From an uncultured Solirubrobacterales bacterium (GTDB lineage Bacteria > Actinomycetota > Thermoleophilia > Solirubrobacterales > Solirubrobacteraceae): 64,000 bases of DNA. The stretch lies in contig CAVRRW010000007.1 in assembly GCA_963723675.1 (NCBI GenBank), forward strand, positions 134,527 through 198,526. Direction: 5' to 3'. This document shows, in pieces, positions 39,308 to 48,506 of the stretch (position 1 is its first letter; each line of letters begins with the position of its first letter). A program made the translations under genes and the position numbers. The notes under the pieces are model-generated. The model searched no databases and was not told the DNA's origin. It saw nothing but the letters and a program-made list of their open reading frames with translations.

Positions 39308-40448
39308 TCAACCCCGCAGCGCTCGCAGCGCGTTGAGGATGACGGCGATGTCGATCCCCTCCTGCAGCAGCGCGCCCCCGACGGGCGGCAGGTAGCCGAA
39401 CGCGGCGACGACCATCGCGACGATGCTCAGCGACATGCCCGTCGAAGGTGACGATCCGTTCGACGGCGGGGCGCCCTTGGGTCAGCGTCCTCGTCTTGTC
39501 GAGCAGCACCGTGCGCGCCGTCCCCAGCTGCTCGAGCGCGCCGCCGCCCTTGAGCACGATCCCACTGCTGGCCGCGCGCGACAGTCCCGCCACCAGCGCG
39601 ATCGGCGCGGCCAGGATCAGCGGGCAGGGGGTGGCCACGACCAGCACGGCCAGTGCGCGGATCTGATCGCCGCTCAGCGCCCACGCCGCGCCGGCCAGGC
39701 CGAGCGTGACCGGCAGGAAGATCATCGCGTAGCGGTCCGCCATGCGCGTGAACGGGGGCCGCTCGCGCGCGGCCTCTTGCACGAGCTTGACCAGCGCCGC
39801 GTAGGAGCTGTCGGCCGCGCCGCGCGTGGCCCGCAGCTCGAACGGCGCGCCCGCGTTCACCGTGCCGCTGCGGACCGTCGCCCCCTGCGCCGCGTCGACC
39901 GGCAGCGGCTCTCCCGTCACGGTGGACGCGTCGATTGCAGCGCGTTCGCTGACGAGCGTACCGTCGGCGGGCACGACCTCGCCCGCGCGCACCAGCAACA
40001 GATCCCCGGCCTCGACGGCGTCGACGGCGATCTCCTCCCACCCGTCCCGAACGCGGCGCCGGGCCGCCTGCGGCGCTCGGCGCAGCAGCGCTGTCAAATC
40101 GCGGCGGGCGCGCCCCGCCGCGTAGTCCTCCAGCGCGTCGCCGCCGGTGAGCATGACGGCGACGATCGCGCCCGCCAGCAGCTCGCCGCCGATCAGCGCG
40201 GCGACCATCGCCAGCAGCGCGATGATGTCCACGCCGAAGTCCCCACGCGCCATGCCCCGCGCGACCTCCCACGTCACCGGCAGGACCGTCACTACGATCG
40301 TGACCTGCCAGAGGACGTCGCCAGCGCCCCCAGCGCCGGCCAGGTGACAGACGCCGCCGGCGAGCAGACCCAGGACCGCGATCCCCGCGCGCGCGGCCGC
40401 CGGCGTCACCAATCGCCGCAGCCGCGACCAGATTGCGGCGGGCGTCAC
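39308..40448 (-). pseudogene. Heavy-metal P1B-type ATPase with large internal deletion and frameshift
   Basis: GEVVPADG, TGEPLP, VATPCPLILA. The phosphorylation motif reads DKTRT. After ERIVTFD the sequence jumps out of frame (near 39440) to the C-terminal GMSLSIVAM...[18 protein letters not shown]. Confidence 0.88.
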
Positions 40449-40610
40449 CGGCCGATTGTCGCACGGACGACGGCCTCATGACCGGATATTCGGCTACGGG
40501 TTGACCTCACGGGTGACGCAAAACGTGACTATCTGCTCTTGGCGGGCTGACTTGCTGCTCCGATGCGCCTCACCGGTTCAGGCTCGGGGCCGGCGGGTAG
40601 CTAGCCAACG

Positions 40611-40781
40611 ATGACGACCCTAGAACTCATCATCCTTATCGTCCTGTGTGTGGGCATCGTCTTGGTGGTCGTGGGCTACCTCGGCTACGGGATAAGGCGC
40701 GACGTGGATCACCGAAGGCGGCTCGCTCGACGCGATCGGGCGCGCGCTCGCCGCTCGCGTGGCGGCCCAGACCGGGCATAG
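40611..40781 (+). CDS. Putative 56-aa single-TM protein with Arg-rich tail
   Basis: Hand translation MTTLELIILIVLCVGIVLVVVGYLGYGIRRDVDHRRRLARRDRARARRSRGGPDRA*; follows the positive-inside pattern. Confidence 0.55.
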   Translation: MTTLELIILIVLCVGIVLVVVGYLGYGIRRDVDHRRRLARRDRARARRSRGGPDRA

Positions 40782-40821
40782 GTGACGTGTACCGATCTGC
40801 CCCGGACGTGCTGCTCGACGA

Positions 40822-42435
40822 CTAGCGTTGCCGGGCGGGTTGGCCGGAGCGCCGGCCGGCGGCCTCGAGCATTGCCTGCGCCGCGTTGTGCCCCGGGATC
40901 CCGCTGACGCCGCCGCCCCGGCGCGCGCCGGCGCCGCAGAGCCACACGTTGGCGTGCTCGGTCTCGACGCCCCACCTGCCCTCCTCCTCGGGCGACTCCG
41001 CGAATGGCCAGGCAAGGTCGCAGTGGAAGATATGGCCCCCCGGCATCCCGAGCTCCGCCTCGAGCTCAGGCGGCGTCAGGGCCTCGACGCAGGGGCTCCC
41101 GTCCGCGGCGCGCCACAGGCAGTCCTCGAGCGGCTCGGCAAGCACCGCGTCGACCGACCTCAGCGTCGCCTCGACCGCAACTTGCTTGGCGACGGCGGCC
41201 CCGGCCTCCGCGGCGGTCCCGCCGGCGCCGGCGAACAACCGCGCCGGCATGTGCAGTCCGAACAACGTCAGCGTGTGCGCGCCGGCCTCGCGCAGGTCGG
41301 CGGAGAGGATGCTGGGGTCAGTCAGCGAGTGGCAGTAGAGCTCGCATGGCGGCAGGCTCGGAATCTGCCCGGCGCGAGCCTGCTCGTAGGCCGTCTGCAA
41401 CTGCCCGTAACCCTCGTTGACGTGAAACGTGCCGGCGAACGCGTCGGCCGGCGCGATGTCGGGGTCGCGCAACCGCGGCAGGCGCTCGAGCAGCATGTTG
41501 AGCTTCAGCTGCGAGCCCTCCGGCGCGCCCGCTGCCGGGGCGGTCCCGAGCAGTCTCGCCAGCACGGCCGGCGCGACGTTTGCGAGCACGTCGGCGGCGG
41601 CGTAACGGGCGCCGTCGGCGCAGGCGACCTCCGCCGCGCGACCGTCGGTGGCGATCGACACCACCTCGGCACCGGCGCCGGTGCGGATCTTCGCCCCGGC
41701 TGCACGAGCGGCGGCGGCCAGCGCGTCGCTCAGCGCCCCCATCCCTCCGACCGGGACGTCCCATCGCCCCGTGCCGTTGCCGATCACGTGGTAGAGAAAG
41801 CAGCGGTTCTGACGGAGGAGCGGATCGTCGGCCGGGGCGAACGTGCCGATGGTCGCGTCGGTCAGCACCACCCCCCGCACGAGGTCGGACGTGAACGTCC
41901 CCTCGATTGCCTCCGACAGCGGCCGCTCGAACAGCATCCCCCAGGCGACGTCGTCGTCGAGCAGGCGACGAAGCTGCTCGCGCGAGCGCAGCGGTTCGGT
42001 CATCGTCGGAAACAGCCGCGCGGCGGCCGTGGCGATCGTCGCGTAGAAGCGCCGCCAGGCGCCGAAGTCCGCCGCGTCGTCGGTGACCCGGGTCATCGAG
42101 TCGCGCGTGATCGCGTCGTCGCGGTCTACCAGCAGGCCCCGATCACCGCAGGGCGTGTACGAGGCGACCCGGCGCGCGCGCAGCTCGAGGCCGAGCCCCA
42201 GCGTCCGCGCCAGCGCCGCCGGGAACAGGCTGACCAGGTACGCGTAGCGCGACAGGCACACGCCGAGGCCGGGGAACGGCGTCCCCGACACGGCGGCGCC
42301 GCCCACATCGCGGCGCTCGAGCACGATCACGGAGCGACCGGCGCGCGCCAGCAACGTCGCGGCGACCAGGCCGTTGTGGCCGGCGCCGACGATCGCGACG
42401 TCGGTCGTCTCCGCCCCCGGCGGCCCCGCGGACAT
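40822..42435 (-). CDS. Phytoene desaturase-like FAD-dependent oxidoreductase
   Basis: VGAGHNGLVAA, GGAAVS, SRYAYLVSL, PVGGMGALS, GGHIFH, GGGVSGIPGHNAA. Confidence 0.88.
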   Translation of the reverse strand: MSAGPPGAETTDVAIVGAGHNGLVAATLLARAGRSVIVLERRDVGGAAVSGTPFPGLGVCLSRYAYLVSLFPAALARTLGLGLELRARRVASYTPCGDRGLLVDRDDAITRDSMTRVTDDAADFGAWRRFYATIATAAARLFPTMTEPLRSREQLRRLLDDDVAWGMLFERPLSEAIEGTFTSDLVRGVVLTDATIGTFAPADDPLLRQNRCFLYHVIGNGTGRWDVPVGGMGALSDALAAAARAAGAKIRTGAGAEVVSIATDGRAAEVACADGARYAAADVLANVAPAVLARLLGTAPAAGAPEGSQLKLNMLLERLPRLRDPDIAPADAFAGTFHVNEGYGQLQTAYEQARAGQIPSLPPCELYCHSLTDPSILSADLREAGAHTLTLFGLHMPARLFAGAGGTAAEAGAAVAKQVAVEATLRSVDAVLAEPLEDCLWRAADGSPCVEALTPPELEAELGMPGGHIFHCDLAWPFAESPEEEGRWGVETEHANVWLCGAGARRGGGVSGIPGHNAAQAMLEAAGRRSGQPARQR

Positions 42436-44489
42436 CAGCGAAACAGCGCGTCGACCGACACGCTGATCTTCCGCGGCGGATGCCCGGCGCGCGAGACGCC
42501 GGCGTGTTCGTCATCGGGTCTGACCACCTGGCACGTGCTCCGCACCTCGTCTGTCAAGAACCGCGATGGCTTCCCGTAACCATGGGCGTCGTCGACGCCC
42601 CGCGGCCGGTGGTAGTAGCGGACCGGCACGTACAGGTGAAGCTGCCGGCGCGACCGCGTCATCGCCACGTACAGCAGCCGGCGCTCCTCCTCGATCGTCT
42701 CGCTCGTCCCGGCCGACATGCACGCGGGGATATTGCCGTCATAGAGCGCGAGCACATGCACGGCGCTCCACTCGAGCCCCTTGGCGGAGTGGATCGTGGA
42801 GAGCACCAGGTAATCCTCGTCGAGCAGCGGCGGACCTGCCAGGTCGGCGCTCGACTGCGGGGGGTCGAGCGCGAGCTCGGCGGCGAAATGGCCGAGATCG
42901 GAGGACTGGCGCGCCGCGGCGACGAGCTGCTCGAGGTCCGCCAGCCGCACCGGTCCGTCGGGGTACCGCGCGCTGACCAGCGGTGCCAGCGCGTCTCGGA
43001 GGACCTCCGCGCGGACGCCGGCGGGCCCCGGAGAGCGGGCCACGCGCAGCGCCTCGATCAGCGTGTCGGCCGGCTCGCGGACGGACGTGGGAAGGCGCTC
43101 CCGTGCCCGCGCCCACCTGCCCAGCGGGTCGGCGCCGGCGCCCTGAGCGCCGACGAGCACGTCGAGCGCTCTGCGTGCGGTGACCGGCCCGACACCCTCG
43201 AGCAGCTGCAGCACCCGGAACCAGGAGAGCTCGTTCGCAGGGTTGTCGACGAGCCGGAACAGCGCGATCAGATCCTTCACGTGCGCGGCTTCGAGGTAGC
43301 GCAGGCCGCCGTACTTGACGAACGGGATCCGGCGCCGGGTGAGCTCGAGCTCGAGCAGGTCGCTGTCGTGGGCGGCCCGCATCAGCACCGCCTGCGTGCG
43401 CAGGTCCATGCCCTGCTCGCGCGCCTGCAGGACGCGCGCGCACACCTCCGATGCCTGGGCCGCCTCGTCCCGGATGAAGATCAGCTCGGGTCGGCTGCCG
43501 TCGCGCAGCTCGGTGTGAAGCCGCTTGCGGTAGGACCGCGCCGCCTGGGCGGCGACCGCGTTGGCGGTGTCGAGCACCGGCTGCGAGGAGCGGTAGTTGC
43601 GCTCAAGCGTCATCACGGTGGCGTCGGCGAAGTGCTTTGCGAAGTCGAGGAGGTGCTGCGGCGACGCCGACCGCCAGCCGTAGATCGCCTGCATGTCGTC
43701 GCCCACGGCGGTGAGCTCGCGGCAGCGGCCGCGCAGCCCGCGGATGATCTCCACCTGAAGCCCATTGACGTCCTGGTATTCGTCGACCAGGACATGATCG
43801 AACCCGTCCTCGATCGCCGGCCCGGTCACCTCGTCGGCGACGAGCGCGCGCCAGTACAGCAACAGGTCGTCGAGGTCGAGCACCCCGAGCGTGCGTTTGC
43901 GCGCCGTGTAGGCCTTGAGCAGCGCCGCGATCTCCTCGACCTGGTCCTCGCACCAGGGAAAGCTCTCGGCCACGACCTCCGACAGCGTGCGCTGCGCGTT
44001 GACCGTGCGCGAATAGATGTCGAGCAGGGTGCTCTTCTTGGGAAATCGATGCCGGCGCTGGGCGTGGCCGTGCTCCTCGCGGATCAGGTCGATCAGGTCG
44101 GCGGCGTCGGCGGCGTCGAGCACCGCGAACCCTGACACCAGCCCGAGCGACGAGGCGTGCATGCGCACAAAGCGATGTGCGACCGAGTGAAACGTCCCGC
44201 CGACAACCCCATTCGCACCGGCCGGCATCGAGACGAGCGCCCGCGCACGCTGGAGCATCTCGCGAGCGGCCCGGCGCGTGAACGTCAACAGCAGGATCCG
44301 CTCGGGTGTGACGCCCTCGGTGACGAGCCATGCCACCCGCGAGCAGAGCGTGGTCGTCTTGCCGGTGCCGGCGCCGGCGAGGATCAGCAGCGGACCGCCG
44401 GGGTGCGTCGCCGCGCCCGCCTGCTCGGGGTTCAGCCGCTCGAGCCAGGGCGGGGCATCGAGCCGGTCGGGGGAGGCGGTGACGAACAC
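42435..44489 (-). CDS. UvrD/Rep-family ATP-dependent helicase
   Basis: LNPEQ, AGAGTGKT, LTFTRRAA, VDEYQD, VGDDMQAIY, LERNYRS, STIHSAKGLEW, EERRLLYVAMTR. The start is uncertain (GTG 44489 chosen). Confidence 0.9.
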   Translation of the reverse strand: MFVTASPDRLDAPPWLERLNPEQAGAATHPGGPLLILAGAGTGKTTTLCSRVAWLVTEGVTPERILLLTFTRRAAREMLQRARALVSMPAGANGVVGGTFHSVAHRFVRMHASSLGLVSGFAVLDAADAADLIDLIREEHGHAQRRHRFPKKSTLLDIYSRTVNAQRTLSEVVAESFPWCEDQVEEIAALLKAYTARKRTLGVLDLDDLLLYWRALVADEVTGPAIEDGFDHVLVDEYQDVNGLQVEIIRGLRGRCRELTAVGDDMQAIYGWRSASPQHLLDFAKHFADATVMTLERNYRSSQPVLDTANAVAAQAARSYRKRLHTELRDGSRPELIFIRDEAAQASEVCARVLQAREQGMDLRTQAVLMRAAHDSDLLELELTRRRIPFVKYGGLRYLEAAHVKDLIALFRLVDNPANELSWFRVLQLLEGVGPVTARRALDVLVGAQGAGADPLGRWARARERLPTSVREPADTLIEALRVARSPGPAGVRAEVLRDALAPLVSARYPDGPVRLADLEQLVAAARQSSDLGHFAAELALDPPQSSADLAGPPLLDEDYLVLSTIHSAKGLEWSAVHVLALYDGNIPACMSAGTSETIEEERRLLYVAMTRSRRQLHLYVPVRYYHRPRGVDDAHGYGKPSRFLTDEVRSTCQVVRPDDEHAGVSRAGHPPRKISVSVDALFR

Positions 44490-44539
44490 GTGTTCCGGCA
44501 AGCTAGGCCGGGGGGCGGACGGATAGCCTGCGGCGATGC

Positions 44540-44735
44540 CCGCGCGTCGGCTCGCGCGGTCGACTACCTCAACGCTGCCACGGGCAACCGCGTGCTGCAC
44601 CAGCGCCAGGTGTTCGTCGTACACGGGAGATGGATCTACACGATCACATACTCGGCGCTTCCGAGCGCCTACGTTGCCGACGTCCTCGCGCTCGACACGG
44701 TCACCACGGCGTGGCGCTGGCTGGACTCGCCATAG
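44540..44735 (+). pseudogene. C-terminal remnant of a PsbP/DUF1795-like protein
   Basis: AVDYLNAATGNRVLHQRQVFVVHGRWIYTITYSA...TAWRW* has a protein-like beta pattern and no convincing start. Confidence 0.35.
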
Positions 44736-44829
44736 CCTCCGCCGATCGACTTAGGACCAAAAGCGTCTGGAAACCGGGCGCCCCGTCTTGCACCATGGAT
44801 CGCACCGGCCCCGAGATGAAGGAGCAACC

Positions 44830-45177
44830 ATGTCCAAGACCCTGACTGCCAGCGAGCAGATCACCGAGGAGGTCACTTCCTGGCCCGGAGTGAAGGCGGG
44901 CTACGGCCGGCGGGGCGAATTCTCCTTCAAGGTGGGCGCGCGCGAGGTCGGACACCTGCACGGCGACTACGCCGCACACTTCATGTTCCCCAAGGACGTG
45001 TTCGAGCGCCTGTACGGCGAGGGGAGGGTCGTTCATCACCCCGTCTTTCCCGACCGCAACGGCCCCGGGGCCCGGCGGATCGAGCACGAAGCCGACGTGC
45101 CTGACGTGATCGAGCTGATGCGGCTCAACTACGACCGGATCGTCGAGCAGCGTCGCATTGCGGGGATGCCGACGTGA
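44830..45177 (+). CDS. DUF5519/luciferase-domain small protein
   Basis: AAGGAG RBS; SWPGV, REVGHLHG, HHPVFP, VIELMRLNY. Confidence 0.8.
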   Translation: MSKTLTASEQITEEVTSWPGVKAGYGRRGEFSFKVGAREVGHLHGDYAAHFMFPKDVFERLYGEGRVVHHPVFPDRNGPGARRIEHEADVPDVIELMRLNYDRIVEQRRIAGMPT

Positions 45178-45614
45178 CCCGGCTCGTCGGGATCAACCAT
45201 GTCGCGCTCGAGGTCGGCGACATCGACGACGCGCTCGACTGGTACGGACGCCTGTTCGAGTTCGAGCTGCGCGGCCGCCACCGCTCGCGGATGGCGTTCA
45301 TCGACATGGGCGACCAGTTCATCGCGCTGGCGGCTGGACGAAGTCAAGCGCCCGACGACGATCGTCACTTCGGGCTGGTGGTCGAGGACAAGGAGGCCGT
45401 GCGGAGGGCCCTGCAGGACGCCGGGGTGGCAGTCCAGGGCTCGGGCTCCGTCGACTTTCGCGATCCATGGGGCAACCACCTCCAGATCGTCGACTACCGC
45501 GACATCCAGTTCACCAAGACGCCGGAGGTGCTGCGGGGGATGGGATTGGACGGTCTCGAGAAGACCGAGGCCGCGCTCGGCGAGCTGCGCAGCAAGGGGC
45601 TGACCGGTCGCTAG
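45174..45614 (+). CDS. VOC/glyoxalase family protein
   Basis: GINHVALEV, HFGLVV, DPWGNHLQIV. Confidence 0.88.
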   Translation: MTRLVGINHVALEVGDIDDALDWYGRLFEFELRGRHRSRMAFIDMGDQFIALAAGRSQAPDDDRHFGLVVEDKEAVRRALQDAGVAVQGSGSVDFRDPWGNHLQIVDYRDIQFTKTPEVLRGMGLDGLEKTEAALGELRSKGLTGR

Positions 45615-45706
45615 CAGGCGCGCCGGCGGCTGCGCGAACGCGGTCGCCGGCGGGCGCTCGTGGGCGGGCGGCGTCTGTCAACGTTTGACGCGGTGGCGCG
45701 AGGCGG

Positions 45707-46180
45707 ATGTCATATGCGGCGCAGATGAAGGAGCTTCACGGATCGGCTGCCACCGCTGTGCCGGCGCCTGTCGAGCGCTGCATGGCCCTGTTCGAAGCCG
45801 TCGATCAGTACCCGACGTGGTATCCCGACGTCGTCCGGGAGGTCGAGGTGCTCGAGCACGGCGAAGGCGGGCGCCCGACCCGGGTGCGGACGATCCTTCA
45901 CGTCGCGCGTGGGCCGCTGGTCAAGGATTTCCATCTGGTGCTGGCGGTGGCGAGCGACGGCGCCCGCCAGGTGCGATTGACGCGGGTGCCCGACGCATCG
46001 TCGGGGCCGGAGCTGTTCGAGTCGACCTGGCATGCCGAGCACGAGGCCGGCACGCGGATCGGGCTCGATCTGACGGCGAGCCTCGACGTCCCCCGATTTC
46101 TGCCGGTCGGGGGGATCGGCGACGCGATGGCCGAGGGCTTCGTCGCGGCCGCCGCGAACCGGCTGCGCGCCGGCGGATAG
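45707..46180 (+). CDS. SRPBCC (coenzyme Q-binding/cyclase-like) protein
   Basis: APVERC...AVDQYPTWYPDVVREV pattern. Confidence 0.75.
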   Translation: MSYAAQMKELHGSAATAVPAPVERCMALFEAVDQYPTWYPDVVREVEVLEHGEGGRPTRVRTILHVARGPLVKDFHLVLAVASDGARQVRLTRVPDASSGPELFESTWHAEHEAGTRIGLDLTASLDVPRFLPVGGIGDAMAEGFVAAAANRLRAGG

Positions 46181-46245
46181 CCGGCGGCATCTACCGGTCC
46201 GAACCGCGCGGGTGCTCTGGATCGGTGCGCCCCCGGCAAACGCAC

Positions 46246-46352
46246 GGCAACGTCCCAATGATCGCCTGTTTGAGATCGCCGGGGACGTTGCCGTTCCACC
46301 AGGACGGAAACGTCCCTGGCGTCCTTGAACCGGGCTCCGCCGGGACGTTATT
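46246..46352. repeat. REP-like palindromic element, copy 2
   Basis: GGCAACGTCCC(46246)-25-GGGACGTTGCC(46282)-13-GGAAACGTCCC(46306)-25-GGGACGTTATT(46342). Confidence 0.8.
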
Positions 46353-46449
46353 CACGGGCTGCGGTCGCCGCCGGGTGGCCACTCGGCCCTAGACCCGGGA
46401 CCTTCAGGGCATCCCGCGGTCAAGGCATTTCACGATGGACGCCGACGAA

Positions 46450-46515
46450 CTCGGCGGCGACGATCGCGCCCCGGCCCACCTCGGCGGCGACGATCGCGCC
46501 CCGGCCCACCTCGGC
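46450..46515. repeat. 30-bp direct tandem repeat (2.2 copies)
   Basis: CTCGGCGGCGACGATCGCGCCCCGGCCCAC at 46450 and 46480. Confidence 0.9.
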
Positions 46516-46613
46516 CGACTTACCACCGCCCCCCACCTGCCCTCCGACGGCCGGACGACGCGCTCGCGCGCGTCGTCCGGCGGCTGACCGAGTCGGAGTC
46601 AAAGCACTTCTGG

Positions 46614-46970
46614 TTAGATCTGCTGGATCGCCCAGCCGTTGCCGTCGGGATCGCTGAAGAACACGAACCGTCCCCACGGGAACTGCTGCACCTCGCTGAC
46701 TTCGATTCCCCGTTCGGTCAGTTCGGCGCGGGCGGCATCGGCGTCGCTGACGACGATTTGCAGCCCTTTGATCGTTCCGGGCGCCATCTCGACGAGGCCC
46801 TTTCCGATCGCGATCGAGCACGCCGAACCGGGAGGCGTCAGCTGCACGAAGCGAATGTCCTCGTTGACGGTGTGGTCGTGGTCGAGGTGGAACCCGACCT
46901 GCTGATAGAACGCCTTGGCGCGGTCGACGTCGGAGACCGGCACCGAGATCAATTCGAGCTTCCAATCCAT
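46614..46970 (-). CDS. VOC/glyoxalase family protein
   Basis: LELISVPVSDVDRAKAFY, VQLTPPGSACSI, FSDPDGNGWAIQQ. Confidence 0.9.
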   Translation of the reverse strand: MDWKLELISVPVSDVDRAKAFYQQVGFHLDHDHTVNEDIRFVQLTPPGSACSIAIGKGLVEMAPGTIKGLQIVVSDADAARAELTERGIEVSEVQQFPWGRFVFFSDPDGNGWAIQQI

Positions 46971-47011
46971 GCTGTGCTCCTTCGGGTTGGGGGGGTCGCC
47001 TCACGGGGGTT

Positions 47012-47078
47012 TCGGAACGGACGCTACGGTTCCGATATTACCACACAGGCGGTCGGAACGAATGCATCCGTTCCGACC
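47012..47078. promoter_or_regulatory. Twin TetR operators TCGGAAC-N10-GTTCCGA
   Basis: 47012-47035 and 47051-47078 (the second is a perfect 10-bp-arm palindrome), between the divergent VOC and tetR genes. A -10 TATGCT at 47084-47089 sits 6 nt before the GTG, suggesting a leaderless transcript. Confidence 0.8.
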
Positions 47079-47095
47079 GGTGTTATGCTCCTCGA

Positions 47096-47872
47096 GTGGC
47101 AGCCGACGAGCAGACGCCGACACCGACAGAGACACCAACACCGACAGAGACATCGACACCGACAGAGACACCGACACCGACAGAGACACCAACACCGACA
47201 GAGACACCAACACCGACAGAGACACCGACACCGACAGAGACACCGACGCCGCCGCTCAGTGGCCGCAGGGCCGAGGCAGCCGTGAACGACGCCCGGATTC
47301 TCGCCGCCGCGCGCGAGCTGTTGACATCGGCTCCCGACACGCCGATGGCCGAGATCGCGGCGCGCGCCGGCGTGGGCATCGGGTCGCTCTACCGGCGGTT
47401 TCCGAGCAAGGAAGCGCTGGCCTACCGGCTCTGCCTGGATGGCATGAACGCTCTCGCCGAGGTCGCGCGCCGGGCGCTTGGGGCGATGGAGCACGAGGAT
47501 CCATGGGAGGTGTTCGCCGGGTTCGTGTCCGCCGCGGTGCAAGCCGGCGCGGGATCGCTGCGCGGGCTCGCCGGGACGTTCACTCCCGACGAGACCCTGA
47601 ATCGCGTCGCCGTCGACATGGCCGCCCTCATGCAGCACGTGATCGAGCGCGCGCAGGCGGCCGGCGCCGTGCGCGACGACATCACCGCCAACGACGTCGG
47701 CCTGTTCTACGAAATGCTGCGCGCGATCCGCGTCGGCGACACCGCCCGCAGCGACGCCTTGCGGCGCCGCTACATCGAGATGCTGATCCCCGGCCTACGC
47801 GCCCCGGGCGAGAACACGCTGACGGTGCCCCCGGCGTCGTGGGAGGAGATCAGCGGCGCCTGGAACCCGTAG
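47096..47872 (+). CDS. TetR/AcrR family regulator with N-terminal (TPTETP)n extension
   Basis: NDARILAAAREL, MAEIAARAGVGIGSLYRRFPSKEAL. Confidence 0.9.
   Translation: MAADEQTPTPTETPTPTETSTPTETPTPTETPTPTETPTPTETPTPTETPTPPLSGRRAEAAVNDARILAAARELLTSAPDTPMAEIAARAGVGIGSLYRRFPSKEALAYRLCLDGMNALAEVARRALGAMEHEDPWEVFAGFVSAAVQAGAGSLRGLAGTFTPDETLNRVAVDMAALMQHVIERAQAAGAVRDDITANDVGLFYEMLRAIRVGDTARSDALRRRYIEMLIPGLRAPGENTLTVPPASWEEISGAWNP
47114..47250. repeat. In-frame 18-bp tandem repeat (about 7.5 copies)
   Basis: ACACCGACAGAGACACC(A/G) units encoding TPTETP. Confidence 0.93.
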
Positions 47873-47878
47873 CCCAGG

Positions 47879-48379
47879 CTACGCCGCCACCAATGGCAGC
47901 ACGCCGGCCTCGAGGTCGAGCAGCAGGCGCTTGCGTTCAAGCCCACCGCCGTAACCGACCAGCGCTCCGTCGGAGCCGATCACGCGATGGCACGGGACGA
48001 TCACCGCGATCGGGTTGCGGCCGTTGGCGAGACCGACGGCGCGGGCAGCATCGGGCCGTCCCATCCCGCGGGCGATCTCGCCGTAGCTGACCGTCTCGCC
48101 GTAGGGGATCTCGAGCAGCGCCTCCCAGACCGGCAGCTCGAACGAGTTGCCCCCCAGAGCGAGCGGCACGTCGAACGCGCGCCGGTGGCCGTCGAAGTAC
48201 TCCGTCAGCTGGCCGCGGACGTCGGCGAACGCCTCATCGCGGCGCTGCCAGCGCGGGTTGATCGCGGTCGGCCTGCGCCCCTGCTGCATGTCGAGTCGGT
48301 ACAGCGCCTCCCCGTCTCCGACGAGCAGGAGGTCGCCGATCGGGCTGTCCATCTGTGTGTAGAGAAGTTCTGTCGTCAT
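47879..48379 (-). CDS. ogt: Methylated-DNA--protein-cysteine methyltransferase
   Basis: IPYGETVSYGEIA, ARAVG.ANGRNP, active-site PCHRV, GYGGGL. Confidence 0.95.
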   Translation of the reverse strand: MTTELLYTQMDSPIGDLLLVGDGEALYRLDMQQGRRPTAINPRWQRRDEAFADVRGQLTEYFDGHRRAFDVPLALGGNSFELPVWEALLEIPYGETVSYGEIARGMGRPDAARAVGLANGRNPIAVIVPCHRVIGSDGALVGYGGGLERKRLLLDLEAGVLPLVAA

Positions 48380-48419
48380 GCGCAGTAAACGCTTTGCGTC
48401 GGCGGAACGTGAGATAGCC

Positions 48420-48506
48420 GTGTCAGCTCACGCCGACGCCGCCGGCCTGTGTCAGCTCACGCCGGCGCCGCCGAGCCGTGTCAGCTCACGCCGACGCCGC
48501 GGCGAG
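48420..48506. repeat. 29-bp tandem triplication spanning the LLM gene stop codon
   Basis: GTGTCAGCTCACGCCG(A/G)CGCCGC... at 48420, 48449 and 48478. Confidence 0.9.

Noticed and set aside
39057-40448. 463-aa intact P-type ATPase as listed in the ORF track
   Set aside because: The C-terminal ~130 aa are out-of-frame read-through after an internal deletion; the gene is a pseudogene.
46246-46352. Possible mini-CRISPR array (35-bp palindromic unit with 25-nt spacers)
   Set aside because: The inner 13 nt of the putative repeat vary, there are only about two units per locus, and there is no leader or cas gene. It fits a REP-like element better.
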